Of a stretch of DNA of 64,000 bases, positions 21,911 through 35,137 are shown piece by piece; the first letter of the stretch is position 1, and every line of letters begins with the position of its first letter. The position numbers and the translations under genes are program-made. The notes under the pieces were generated by a model. The model was given only the letters and a program-made list of their open reading frames with translations. It was not told the DNA's origin and did not search any database. The stretch comes from Setoptus koraiensis (lineage: Eukaryota > Animalia > Arthropoda): the NCBI GenBank assembly GCA_048013815.1, contig CM106585.1, forward strand, positions 5,704,001 to 5,768,000, in the 5' to 3' direction.

Positions 21911-24900
21911 TGGCGCGATGCGCGTGCGGCGGATAAATACTTTTTAAATAGGGAATAGTTTAAATACTGAACAGTAATGAATAACAGTGACACTGACTGA
22001 CAATTGTGTGAATAGTTTGCGAGTCGGCCGACTATGCAAACTGCTATGCAATGGCGATGCAATGACTGGCCGTGTCTTGTCGCTGCGAGCGATACTGTCT
22101 TGTCGCGCGGGTGTCGCTGTTGTTGCGACTAAATGCGATTGGCGCAGTGTATGCAGTTGATATACAAATGCAATCACAGTCGACGACACACACACACACA
22201 CAATTAGACGATACGATACGATAATAACGCGACGAGCGACTGTTACTAAATGGCCGCGCTAATATCGCCGAGTATATATACGGCGTCGTCGTGATTGATA
22301 TCTAAAACTGATAATTGTCGCTGGGTGACTTGAGCCGACTAAAGTTGCATTGGCTGTCGCTGTTGCTTTGGTGGTTGCATTGGCTGTTGCTGTTGCAGTT
22401 GCTTTGGTGGTTGCTGTCTAACTGACACTGGCTGAGCGAGTTGAGTTGCGCGACTTTGCGCCTGCCACTGCAAATAAACACTGACAACAACAACAACAAC
22501 AACAGCTAAATTAATACACACACTCTGGCAACTATTTTCACTGCTTACAACAGCTTGTTAGCTGCTATTAGTGTCAGTGTTGCTCAAATAGCGACACACT
22601 CGCTGACACACCCTGTACGAGCTAACCAGCCACTTGTTCGCTTATTTCCGTATGGCGCGTCGCTGTCGTCGTTGTCGGTGTCGCTGTTGTCGTCGTCGGT
22701 GTCGGTGTCGCTGTTGCACTTGTCGCAACGAGCACTCGACGAGCGTGTGTGTGGTTGGCCGTTTGCGGCGCTATGTTATGTTTCCAAGATTTGCCGTGCT
22801 GTGATTTACTCGTGTGTGATGATGCTACGTTAACACTCGCTAATGCGTAACTCGCTAATGCCAATCGTATTGGCGAGCTCTGTCTCACGGCGAGCGTCTC
22901 CGCGCTTGCCTCTGGCGGCCGACTCGCTTACTCACTTGTTAGACTCAACACTGTCGACTCAACACCAACGTTGACGCTGTTGCTGGATCTGGCCGCCAGT
23001 GGCAACGCCGACGCCCGATCGAATAGCAATCACTCCCGCAGGGCGCCACCTCGCGGCCGAACACGGGCTTCTCTGGAGTTGCGTGTTGTTGTTCTCTGGG
23101 GGGGCCGGTGGTACTACTGGCCTAATGACTCCGATTCGCTGTGAAACGTTCGCTGTGCCTACGCTCGATGTTCGCTCGATGTTTGTTCGATGGTTGCGCG
23201 TTCCTCTGCGCGTTCGACGGTTGCGCGTCGCCAACGTCGGAATGCTCGAACGTTTGAGCGACGTTCGAATGTGCGTTCGAATGCGCCTTCGAATGTCGGC
23301 AGCTCGAGTGTGTGAGCGGCGCCTCCCCGAATGTTCGCCAATGAGTGGCTGTTGTTTGTTGTCGTTGTTGCTCGTTCGTGGCTGCCGGCTCGTTTTTGCC
23401 AGAGCGCCTACTCAATGGCTCAATTGGATATTGTTGTGGATATATTATGAGCGGTGCGCGCTGTTCAAGTAGCGCGTCTCTTTAGCTCGCACAATCTCTG
23501 CCAAGGGAGGCAGCTCGTTGTTAGCGTCTCTATTGGCTCTATTTGGCTCAGCAAGCAACAACTGCCGCAATAACCTTGACGCTACTTGTTGTTGCTGTTG
23601 TCGCTGCTTCTATGGCTGTTTGTTGTTGTTGTTGTTGTTGTCGCTGTTGTCGTTGTTGCCTCTATGGCTGTTGTTGTTGTTGCCTCTATGGCTGTTGTGG
23701 CTGCTTCTATGGCTGCTTGTTGTTGCTGTTGATGCAGCTCGCACTCTGGCACGAGTTTTAACGACGCCGCTGTTATAATTGTTGTTGCTGGCAGTGTGAT
23801 GTCAGTCAGTGGTTGTTGTTGTCGTCGTCGCGCTGTTGTTGTGACTCACAACTTGCGAGCAGCAATATATCTTGTCGTGTGTGCGCTGTGAGAGAGTGAG
23901 CGATGCAACGAAAGTCGAAAGTTGCAAGATCACCAGTCTAGCAGTCGCTAGTGCTGGCTCGACGACTCACTTGTTGATAACAATTCTAACTGGCTCACTA
24001 TCGCAGCTGCCTCTAGTTGTTGCTGCTGTTGCATGGTGGTTGCTGTTGGCTGCTGCTGCCTAGTGGCTGCTGGCTGGTGGTTGAGTTGTTGTTGCCGCGG
24101 CGGGCAGAGCGTCTCCCTCGCGCTCCCTTTCTAGCTAGCTACTCTGGCTGAACCACGGTAGACAAGCGCAACAACAACAAGCGCAACAACAACAAGCAAC
24201 AACAACAAGCAACAACAACAAGCAACAAGCGCAGCCGAAAGCAGAGGCGCAGCCAGCAGCGGAGGCTCAATGGCGCTAACAGTGCCGAGTTTACAACTCG
24301 CTCGCTTTGCGCCGGCTCATAGGCGCATTGGCATTAGTGTGCCAATGGCGATAATAAAAGTAAAGTCGCCAACAACAACAACAGCAACAACAACAACAAC
24401 AACATCGGCAGCCCCACAATGGCTGTTGCGCAACAGGCATAAGCCCGGCTCACGAAGCTCACCTGTTGCACAACTGGCGGCGTTGCGCATGCTTGCTCGC
24501 CTCGGAATGTGCGCTCGCCGGAGAACAGCGCTCGCCGGAGAACAGCGCTCGCGGGCGCTCCAACAGCAAAACTCCGACAACAAAACTCCGACAAGCACAA
24601 CTCCGACAAGTACACACTGCAGGCTATTGTTAGGCCTGCCCCCTCGCAGCCGGCCCAGCGGGCCGGCTCCGCCCGCCATCCCTTCAGCAGGCAGCCATCG
24701 CCTGGTCGCTTGGTCGGGCAGCCGGCGAGCTCGCCAAAGCTCGCTGGCTGGAATTGACGGCCAGGTCTCGAGACGACGACGACGACGACGAAGAGTTGCA
24801 GTCGACACAGTCGGGCAAGTACAACAGCAACAAGTTGAATGTCGACACACACACACAATCAATGCCGAGGCTCGCCGAGTGTCGTCACTGTGTCAGACCG

Positions 24901-25199
24901 CCAGGCGTCTCGCCAAACATCGCGCCACCAGCCACTAAAAATAAATTCATTATTCTCTGGCAAGCTAGCCCAAGTTCGACCATGAGCGCTGTCGATGAAT
25001 GCAGTAGGCGCGCTCAGTCGGTGCATGCAGTCGATGACGCCAGTGGCTCAATGCATCGATGGCCGCCGTCAGCCTTGAGCTGGCGGGCGGGCGGGCTCTG
25101 TCGTCGCCAGTGGCTCAATCTTGCCAGAAACGACAAGATTGACTTAACATTATTAGCGGCAGCCTCTGCATGCTCGCTCCCCATTAATCACGGCTGCTA

Positions 25200-25258
25200 T
25201 CAATCGCGGCCTCTGTCAATCGCGGCCTCTGTCAATCGCGGCCTCTGTCAATCGCGGC
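25200..25258. repeat. 16-bp tandem repeat TCAATCGCGGCCTCTG, about 3.7 copies
   Basis: Units at 25200, 25216, 25232 and 25248. Confidence 0.9.
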
Positions 25259-26445
25259 GGCAACAAGTAGCCCATTTGCACTGCTGCGGGGGCCGCGGGG
25301 CCACAACTTTCCAGTTTGGCGCCCTCTTTTCGGGCCAGCCGAGCCCTCTAGCCCTCTCAATGGTGGCTCTCTCGCTGTCTGCCGCTGGATCACGCTGCAG
25401 TAATGCCGTCATATTCATATCATTCTCGCGCAACATTCACCATATTCACGCGCAATATTCACCCGCAACATTCACCATATTCAGCCGCAATATTCACCCG
25501 CAATATTCACCATATTCACCCGCGAATATCAGGTGAATATCGGAGCGAGTGCCCGACAAACGCTCGGCGGCTCACGCAAGCGGCCAATTCCAACTTGCGC
25601 AAGTGCGCAAAATCGCCAGCCAGCCCCGCATTCGTTGCGCACAAACTCAACAAACCGGGCCCCCCAATCCGTGATATTACGTCATACTACGCGTCTGTTG
25701 CACAAGCATTGTTTGTCAGCGCGCACACGCACGCCACATGCGAGCCGAGGCTCATTAGTCAGAGGGCTTCCGGTCGTGTGGTGAGTTGTCAGCGAAGCGG
25801 TGGCTCGATTTCGGCTCGCTCCATGCGAGTGTATAATTCGAAGTTTATAATTCGAGTTTTCGAAAGTTGATAATATTATTGTTGAACACAACAAAACTAC
25901 AATTATTTGCAAATTCCTTTGCACAGGCGCGCCACTTGCCTCTTGCTCGCCGGGCGCCCCCTCGCCACGCTCACAGGCATTCGCTCAGTCCGTTGTTCGT
26001 GAGGCATTTACCGCGTATTTATCCTGCATTAAACAGTATTTATCCTGCGTTATACAGTGTTTAGCCTGCTGCGATCGTGAGCGAGTATCTGTTAGCCATG
26101 TATAAGTTAATTACAGTGACCGCCATCTTGTCTGTCTGTTTGCTTGTCTTTGGCTGATTTTTCTCGAAATGTCGGCCAGCATCGACAGCGAGCGAGCAAC
26201 AAAACAAAAAACAAAAAACGGCAACAGGGGGAGCCCTGGCTTGTTTGGCCGGCGCTGGCAATTAGCGAACACGAACGAACAGCCCGCGCCGCGGCTTCGT
26301 GCGGAATTGATCGGGGTGCGTTTATATTTATCCTTTTTCTATTAGTTTTGTTTGATACAGGCCTGAAAAGGCGCTAACTCACCTGTTGCTATTATCGGCT
26401 ACAAATTGCGTTTCGCTCGCCCCCAGCCTTTGACGGCGGCGAAGG

Positions 26446-26446
26446 C

Positions 26447-26523
<77 letters not shown>
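26446..26523. repeat. Perfect (CAA)26 microsatellite
   Basis: 78 bp, uninterrupted. Confidence 0.97.
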
Positions 26524-26525
<2 letters not shown>

Positions 26526-28221
26526 GCGAGCGATTTCTCAAGTAACTAAGTTGTGTGTATCGTCTGATCATCGTGCGCAGTTGACAGAGAGACAAAGCCA
26601 GTGATTGAGCACACAAAATAATGATATTTACTTGTAAAGAAAGAGAGAAAAAATTGCGAAAATTTGTTTGGCGAGCTCGTTAGCGAAATTCTCTCTCGCT
26701 CGCTCTCTGACTCTTTTTTCTTGCGCTCGCTGTGTCGCTTGCAACTCGTTCCGAGCGAATTCATAAAGCAAATTCAATTCAGCAAATTCAGCGCTGCCAA
26801 GCGCTGCCAAGTGCCAGCGCTAAAACGCGATAATTCAAATCCAAAAGGCAGCCAAATTTCAAGGTGAAACTGCTAGCGCACGCTAACGCCACCACACCGA
26901 CAATGGATATAAATGGATTGGAAATCGGCAAGCGAGCCTTACTGTCGCTGCTCCTCTCACTGGCTTGCCGTGGCTGGCTTGGCAACGCGTTTCGGCCCGT
27001 CAAGTGGCTGGCTGTTCCTGGATTTGCAACTCTCTTTATTCATTTATTCATTTCATATTCTCGCTCTCTCTCTCTCTCTCTGTTTTTTTGTCGCTCGCTC
27101 GCGCTGCCTCGCTCGTATTTGCGCTGTCGCTTTAGCCAGCCAGCGAAGCCAGTAGCCGGCTGGCTGGCTGAACAATTCCTTGGCTGGCACCCGTTCGACA
27201 TTGCCGACACACACACACACACATCTACCTGTTGTACCTGTTCTCGAGCCACTTGTTGTTGCATTGTCGGCTGCTGCTGGCATCATTTGACGTGTACGCG
27301 CCAGCCTGTTTGAGCGTGCAGCTAGCTTGCCAGCGCCAGCGCCGTCGTCGTCGTTTAGTCGCTCAACCTGCTAGCTCGACGCTCGCTCGTGATACACCAA
27401 GGGTACACTCAAATGGCAAGCGAGCCATTTTTCCATTCCAGTGCGCTGTTGTGATGGAATGGAAAAATTTCCTCGGGCCCGTCGCGCGATATATTCGCTT
27501 GCACGTCAAATGTAAGCGAGCTCGAATTAGCGCTCGCCGACACCAGAAGTGAACAAGCCAAACAGCTCGCCAAACTGACTTACTGTTGCGCCGAAATCGA
27601 TTGTGTGTTACTGATGGAATTTCTCAATGTCGCCATCGCCACTTCCAGCTGACAATTGTGAATTTCGGCCGCCTCTCACGCACCTTGCGAGCTGCCCGGC
27701 CCGTAGGAAACTGCGGCTAAACTAAATTTCCGCTCGCCGGCCCGATCCGAGTTTGGCCCGGCGGCATCGCCGGTTACTGGCGGTTACTGGCGTCAGCGAT
27801 TACTGACAGCGTCGGCGGGTCGCCAAGGCCGCGTTCGAGCGCATACACAGGCATTGCGGTATGCCCATCGGTATTGTAATGTGATGTTGTATCGAGCCGC
27901 ACGCGACGGTAGGTGTGGCGCCGCGGGCGGCTACCGACCGCCGGGCGGGAGCGGGCAGCCCGCTGACTCAACGGCGACACTGTTGACTCGACAGCAACGC
28001 TGACAGAGGCTCGCCGATAGAGGGCCGCTGGGGCTGTTTTCCGCCTTGAAGGGAGTGCGACGAGCGCCAGCAGCGCCGCCAGTGTCACTACCGGGTGTAG
28101 CATTGATTTCGACAACAACGAGCCAATGAGTGGCGGATCGGCGGCTGAAAAGCACAAATATATATTTTTAGACTAAAATATAATTAGACAACAGGGGACA
28201 GCGAGCGAGTGAGCGAGCGAA

Positions 28222-28912
28222 CAGGTAGCAAACAGGTAACTAAATAGGGTAGGCAGCTGAAAAGGGCTGCAATAAAAAGCAACGGTTCACCACTTTCACG
28301 GTCATCCCAAGCTGACAAGTTTAGCGTCAGCGCGCTCAGCCAGCCATTGAGCCAAGGCCAGCGAGACACTTTGCACAACAACGGCAGCAACGGCAACAAC
28401 GACGGCAACAACAACAGAAATAAGCGGTGGCGACAACGGCAACAAGCGCACTCAATAACCTCCATTCATTAGAGAGTGAACGTCGAAAGGCAGGCGAGGG
28501 TGCACCAATTTGCATTGTAAACTGTCTAAACTATTGTGTGCCCACACCAGCACACTGGATAACGGCTGCGGACAGGTACAGGCCGCTGGCCAGGTAACCT
28601 AGATTATCTAGGCTAGATAACGGTGGCGGCGAGACAGCGGCTGTTAGCAGTTGTTTGCAGATGAAAAGGTGCAACAATCAACAATGTTATTATTAGCCCT
28701 GTTGTAATTAACTGTGCGCGCCTTGATTGCTGTGGGGGCCGTCAGTGTGGCCTACACCTAGCTGAGCCTGCTTGCTAGCAGCGTGTGCGACGCCATTTGT
28801 AAACATCACTCTCTCCTCGCGATACCTGCATGCGTTTACCTGTATGTTACCTGTATTTTACCTGTCCGAATACAGCGAATGCACAATACGTACAGTGCGC
28901 ACAATACAGGTA
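28222..28912. promoter_or_regulatory. Homotypic CAGGTA/TACCTG cluster (9 sites), candidate enhancer
   Basis: Sites at 28222, 28233, 28573, 28591, 28823, 28837, 28848, 28859 and 28907. Confidence 0.5.
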
Positions 28913-31900
28913 AATAAGGTAATAAGTAGTGCGAGCTGCACGAGCAGACCGCCTACTGTCAATACGAGCGCCAGTGTGGCGCTTGAAACGGGCCGAGCCA
29001 GCCGAAATCAGGTTATGTCACGCCAGCGAGGGTCCTTCATTTGCATGCTGTTACGCCCGTCGCTCTGGCACAAAACGCGAACGCAAGCGGTGTAATTAGT
29101 GTGTGTTTAAACGGCGAGCTGAAACTAGGAAAACGCGCCACCGACTCGGCGGGCCAGCTCGGCGAGCTTGCCAAGCGACTAAATTTAGCGCAATCTGGTT
29201 CCTTGAATGCTGATGCTCGCCAGCCCGGCCGCCAGCTGAATCGCCGACAACAACAGGCCAGCCGAGCCGCCGACAACAACAGGCCAGCCGAGCCGCCGAC
29301 AACAACAAATCACCGAATCAATGTCAACCACACGCACGCACTTGTTGCCCGTCAACAAGGATATGCAAATAATTTCGGGCAAAGTTTCCTCTCCTAACGC
29401 TCTGTTTGTTTTCGCTGTTTTGCTCGCCGTCTCGCCGCTGGCACACGCGCAATTCTGTGCGCCTGTGCGAGGTGCCCAAGCGGGGGGCCCGTCATAGTGG
29501 CGCGGCTCGGGCGAGCGGCCCGAGCAGCGCCCGGGAACCAGCACGGGCAGCCTCCGAGAAACTCCTGTTCGACGCTCGGCACCGTCGCGGTCGAGCGGCA
29601 AACAGGAGTTTCTCGTGGCAATATTTGTGTTAGATGTAGCGGCGGCCGGACGGTCTTGGCGGCGCCCGACGCGGCTCGTGCGACCGTTGGCGTGCACTGA
29701 GCGTCGAGCGGCACAGCGACAGCTCGCTGTGCCGTCATGCTGGCAAGCCAGCAGTAGCTGGTAGCTTGTCAGCAAGCTTGGCGAGCGGCGCCAACGAGAG
29801 CATGTGACACAACAAGTGATGTTTGTATGATGAAACACAACAAGTTGATTGCAACAAATTGCACCATGACGACTTGTGATAACCGTGATACCGTGGTACA
29901 TATATATGCTGCATGTAATGCCACGAGAAGCGAGATAAGAGCCACTATCGCGCCGCCACTGACAGTTGTGAGCGATGCCATAAGTGATGGGCACAAGTGT
30001 CTCGGCAGTTGCTGTCATTTGCGCCCGTTTGCTCGATGGCTCGTATCTATTATACATGGCACATGTATGCATTATCTGGCCGTTTAGCTCGGCAAATATA
30101 AACATAAACATATGCTCCCATTGTGTGCTCGTCGCGATACACAGAGCGAGTGCTGATACATACCAGAGACGCCAGCCAGTCAGCCAGCCGGAGAAGAAAC
30201 AAAATCACTGCTGATACGATCATCCTTTTATGTAATAAGCGCACTCAATCTCCACACATCCACCGCATACCGCCATACACCGCCATGTACCGCCATATTT
30301 ATATCGCGACTATATTTATAAATATGTATATAAATATGTTATAAATGTATGTGGCATATAGCACATTCAGTCGCATACCCGCCAAAGTGCTATTGGCAAG
30401 CTAGTTTCATCTAGTCTAGATTCGGCTCGGCTCGGCTCGATTCGCTTCAATTTGCCATTATAAGCGTATCGTGTATATCATTATCAATCATATCATTGCT
30501 ATTGTAATAATTGCTGGGTGCACCATTGTTATTTCCTCGTGTCATCACCAGCCAGCCAGTAAGTAATTGCCATTGTATGTAGATATTGTGTGTGATATAT
30601 GTGTTGTTGTTGTTGTTAGTGGTAGTGGTAGTAGAGACAAACGGCAAACAACAGACGACGACTATCTCACCAACGACTCATTAGCCGATCGTTGTCATCA
30701 ATGGCCTACCCACTCTACTGCCAATATATTTTTGCAATCCAACTGACACGCAACGCCATCTGGCGTGCCGTGTGCATGTTCTTTTGACATTGTCGCCCCC
30801 ATCCACTAGTCGCCTCTCCATCCGCTTGTCGCCAAATATCTACCAAATTGAGGGCATACTGGCAGTCCCAATATGCCCATAATGGGCCAGTATCCACACT
30901 GGCCCGTATCCGTACTGCCCGATATCTGTATGCAAGCGCAAATCTATGGGCTAATGCCAATCTAATCATGCACGGCCAGTGATGATCGAAGCTGCAAAAG
31001 TTGCTGCATAGGTTGCACTTGCGCCAATCACAACCGAGCCCGAGTCTAAATCCAAATCAGTGCTGCCGGGGCAACTCCAAATCTAAACAGCCGACAACTG
31101 GCAAACAAGGCTGGCGCTAGATCGCCCTGATTACCCGGCCGCAGTGGAACGCCGCAACATCAGAAGTCGGGCCGGCCCGCCAGAGATAAAACAGCAGCCC
31201 AGTGAGTGCGAGAGAGCTGCTGAGACAGTCGTTTTCGTTTTACAAATGATACAAACGATACAAATGATGAACCCTCTCATCGTGTGCACCATTGCTGCTG
31301 GCAATAATTATCAATCCGGCTATATCTGGTGCAATTGATAGCGATCTTTGGTGCACTCGCAACACTTGTAAGCTACAACCACAAACACTCAGCGAGACAT
31401 ATGGAGCCAAGTAATGAGCGATCGTTATCGCATTGAGTGCACATCTTTGTTTGTTGGGCGCCAGGCAACCGCAATCAACCATCAATTAGCGCTGGCGCAC
31501 TGCGAGCCCATCAAGGCGCCACAATAATAGTGTATCAGCGCAACAGTATCAGAGTAAAAGTTTCAGGATTTTATCTCGCGGCAATATTATCAGAATATGG
31601 AGAAATGCAAACAATGGACTTGTTGAGCAGCCCAAGGCCCGAACGGTTGGCCCTGCGTATGGAGTCCATCAGCCGCCCACGACAGCTAGTTGCTATCTGT
31701 CACTGCGCCCCGATGAGCGGGGGGGGGGCACTCTGGAGACCGTATGATGGTTTGGCCACCTTTGTTGCGTAACAAGCAAACATTGTCGTAATCACCAACA
31801 CAACCCATTATCATCATCTGATTAAGGTTGTGTTGTGTGTTTGGTTGTGGCAACTACTGGCAGAATGTGTTGAACAGATATGATAATATTACCAGAGCCA

Positions 31901-32232
31901 GCAAACAATGAATGATCGCTGTTCGCAGGGTTGCCAGTAGGCACCTTAATCTCGGACGCGACTCGCAGCGAGCAAGCAATGACGAAATATTATCAATTGA
32001 ACAACAGCAACAACAATAAACACAAATGTTATCGCTCGCACAGATTGTTTGCATGTTCGCCAAAGCGTTGCAACAGCCCAACGACAACAACAACAACAAC
32101 GACAGCAACTACAACAACGACAACAACAACGACAACAACAACAACGATAGCAACTACAACGACTCCACTATAGCGACTAGCTGCAGCGAAGTTTCCAACA
32201 ACCATCAAGCGCACTTGTTGTCGCTGGTCGCG

Positions 32233-32263
<31 letters not shown>

Positions 32264-33346
32264 CTGCTGCTATAATACAGGCATGAATTTCCGCGATATA
32301 TGATGATGATACATTGGCTCTCGGATAGACTGTGTCTGTGTCGATGCAATAGGCACACAAGATGATGATAAAGTAAACAAGCTCGTCTCCTCTATCAAGC
32401 TGACGACAGCATTATTTCCATTTACACTTATTGCGCTGGCTAACACACACACACACAATTTAATAGTGTGTTATTATTTGTTTCCTTCTCATGAATAATC
32501 TCTCGTCGTCTTTAGATAGCTCGTTCGCTAGCTGATAATGGCTGTATGGTAATGGATACATCTTAATCAGATGCTCGGTGGCGCCAAACTCTTCCTCCAA
32601 TCAACTCTGTGACATCACAACAACCACATCTCTCCCGTCCGACTTTACCCGTCTATGCTCCCACCCACGCGCGTATGTCCCGATTGGTTTTTTTTTATTC
32701 GGCATGGAAAAAATGTTACTCTAGACGCCACTATTCATCGTTGGTGCGTATTCGCCGACTCGGTACTTTATCAAATGCGCGCAATGAAACTTGATCCGCG
32801 GATCTGGTGTCGTATCGCCCGTCTTGTGCATACGGCACGAAGCCCGTATTCTCGTGTGTTCGCTCCGAGATATTTGACGCGTTCAAGATGGGGCCACATC
32901 GGATACCACAGCTTGGCTGCCGCTCGGCCTCCCAATGGGTTTCCCAATTGGTTTAGCCCACGTGTTTATCCCACGGAATAAATCCATCCGTCGAGCCGAC
33001 AACCTGTCGAGCTGTTTGAATCTGGCGCCAGTCGACACCGTGGCACGGGCTCAATGTAAAGCGATCGCGATTAAATTTTTGTTGTTTGTGAGTGTGTGCG
33101 TGTGTGTTTGTTTGTGTGTGTGTGCATGATGAGCCTCAATGATATTGGATTATCATCATTATTGACTGACAGGCTATCTCATATTTAGCATCAAACAACA
33201 ATATTTATCACCACCTTCATCTATTGCTAACACTATTAGCACCATTAATATTGCTAGGTACATCCACGCTACAACACCACCCAAATTCTCACAACAGATC
33301 AGATCGGATTTGTGTTTAATTAATTAATTGCCTTACTTTAAACACA

Positions 33347-34495
33347 ATGAGCTTGTTGGCAAGGAAAGTTATCAATTGGGCCATGCCGCTCAGTTTTATT
33401 CTTGGTGGTATCGTCGTCAACTTGTTACAAATTGTTATATTTCTATTTGTCAAACCAATTAGTAAGCCGTTATTTCGCACAATCAACCACTATCTACAAT
33501 ACTCAACATGGTCTCAAACAGTTGCAGTCGCTGATTGGGGCTCCAACATCAACCTTAGGGTATGGCTCGCCGACGAGGAATCACACAGAGACTTCGGGGC
33601 ACGCACCGGTCTGGTTATCATGAATCATCGTTACGATCTCGATTGGCTGACCGCTTGGATGTATGCCGATAAAATAGGCACGCTGGGCGCCGATAAGGCA
33701 CTTGTGAAGGCCTCGTTGCGTTACATACCCGTCGTTGGCTGGGGCTGGGCCATCAGTGACATGATCTTCTTGCATCGTGACTGGAAAAAAGATAAGGAGA
33801 GCCTCCAAAAAACAATGGACGAGATTCTACAGCATCCCAGATCGCTTATATTATCCTTTTTGGAGGGCACACGCTTCACAAAAACCAAGTACGAGAATAG
33901 TGTGAAATTTGCAAAGGAAAAGAATCTCCCCATATTGAGACACCATCTATTGCCTAGAACGCGCGGGTTCATTTCAATGATGACGCACGTCATTGAGAGC
34001 AAGGCCAAAAACAAAGACTTAAAGTTTGATGTATTCAGCATGCAAGTTGCATTTACTGAGGACGAAACCAGTAAGGCCAATCTGCCGTCCGTGCTAAGTT
34101 GTGAAAAGGTCACAATATATGTCTATGTTAAAAAATTGAGCATGGACAATATCGATCTTAGCGATGAGAATTCCCTTTCCGATTATCTCTACAACGTCTA
34201 TAAAGACAAGGATGAGCTCATGGAATATTTCAAGAAACATGGCCGCTTTCCGGGAATTGAGAAACCCTACAGGCGCAGGCTCGCCTCCTTGTTAAACTGG
34301 ATAGCCTGGTTTTTCCTAACTTACACGTCCCTATTTTACGGTTTATATAAAGTTTTCTCTTCTGGTAACACCGTTTTGATGGTTTGCGTTGCAACACTTA
34401 TTTTAGCAGCTCTTACAGGTGTAGTCGTGCTTATCAATTCGACTAAAGTCAGTAAATCATCTTCATATGGGGTTACTGGCAAGAAGTCTAAATGA
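33347..34495 (+). CDS. Agpat3: 1-acyl-sn-glycerol-3-phosphate acyltransferase (AGPAT3/4-like), intronless, 382 aa
   Basis: NHRYDLD (HX4D), IFLHRDW, FLEGTRF, LPRTRGF, C-terminal TM helices and a dilysine KKSK ER-retrieval end. Confidence 0.93.
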   Translation: MSLLARKVINWAMPLSFILGGIVVNLLQIVIFLFVKPISKPLFRTINHYLQYSTWSQTVAVADWGSNINLRVWLADEESHRDFGARTGLVIMNHRYDLDWLTAWMYADKIGTLGADKALVKASLRYIPVVGWGWAISDMIFLHRDWKKDKESLQKTMDEILQHPRSLILSFLEGTRFTKTKYENSVKFAKEKNLPILRHHLLPRTRGFISMMTHVIESKAKNKDLKFDVFSMQVAFTEDETSKANLPSVLSCEKVTIYVYVKKLSMDNIDLSDENSLSDYLYNVYKDKDELMEYFKKHGRFPGIEKPYRRRLASLLNWIAWFFLTYTSLFYGLYKVFSSGNTVLMVCVATLILAALTGVVVLINSTKVSKSSSYGVTGKKSK

Positions 34496-34660
34496 GGATA
34501 TGTCGCCTGAAAAATAAACTACTAAATGTTATAATATAAATTCTCGAACAAGCGCCTTGAAATGAATTAATCCTTCTTTTTTTTTCTTTCAGATGTTTAA
34601 CACTTTTGTTAGTAATATACGCTAGAATTCAACATTATCTACATAAACCTGTCATAATAG

Positions 34661-35137
34661 CTACTCAGCTTTCAATATAGCCTCATTTACTTCGATTGCA
34701 ATAAGAGCCTCGGCCTTGTCCTCTGGCGTGTTAGCACTCGATAGTTTTGAATTGGCTACATTAAGGTTCTCTTGGGCCAGACTTTTGTCGAGATCCTCCA
34801 CTTGGGCCACCTCACTCGCTAGTATTTGAAGGGTTGAATCATCATTGATTGTGACAGTACCTGCGGCTACAAAGTACTTTTTGACCGCGCCTTCCTCCTC
34901 GTAGACTGTGACAACGCCAGGTTTCATGACGGCTAAAACAGGAACATGATCCGCTAATATACCTATCTGACCAGAGTATGAGGGTACATCCACTTGGCGC
35001 ACTATTTGGCCCTTGTAAAGATTATTTGCTGGTGACGCAAAAGTCAACGACAGTTGCTGGGCTGCATATCCTCTAGATGTTAACCTCCTCAATGAGCCGA
35101 CGGCTAACAAGGCCGATTTTTTTGCTAATACGTTCAT
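34661..35137 (-). CDS. ATP5F1D: Mitochondrial ATP synthase F1 subunit delta, 158 aa
   Basis: Basic targeting presequence, LTFASP, QVDVPSYSGQIGILADHVP, KYFVAAGTVTINDDS and C-terminal EALIAIEV. Confidence 0.96.
   Translation of the reverse strand: MNVLAKKSALLAVGSLRRLTSRGYAAQQLSLTFASPANNLYKGQIVRQVDVPSYSGQIGILADHVPVLAVMKPGVVTVYEEEGAVKKYFVAAGTVTINDDSTLQILASEVAQVEDLDKSLAQENLNVANSKLSSANTPEDKAEALIAIEVNEAILKAE

Noticed and set aside
13800-33300. Dozens of 60-300 aa ORFs in the Tis11 domain (e.g. 24270..24938, 29185..30111)
   Set aside because: Produced by GC-rich, stop-poor low-complexity DNA; poly-V/C/Q/L content, overlapping in several frames, no domains.
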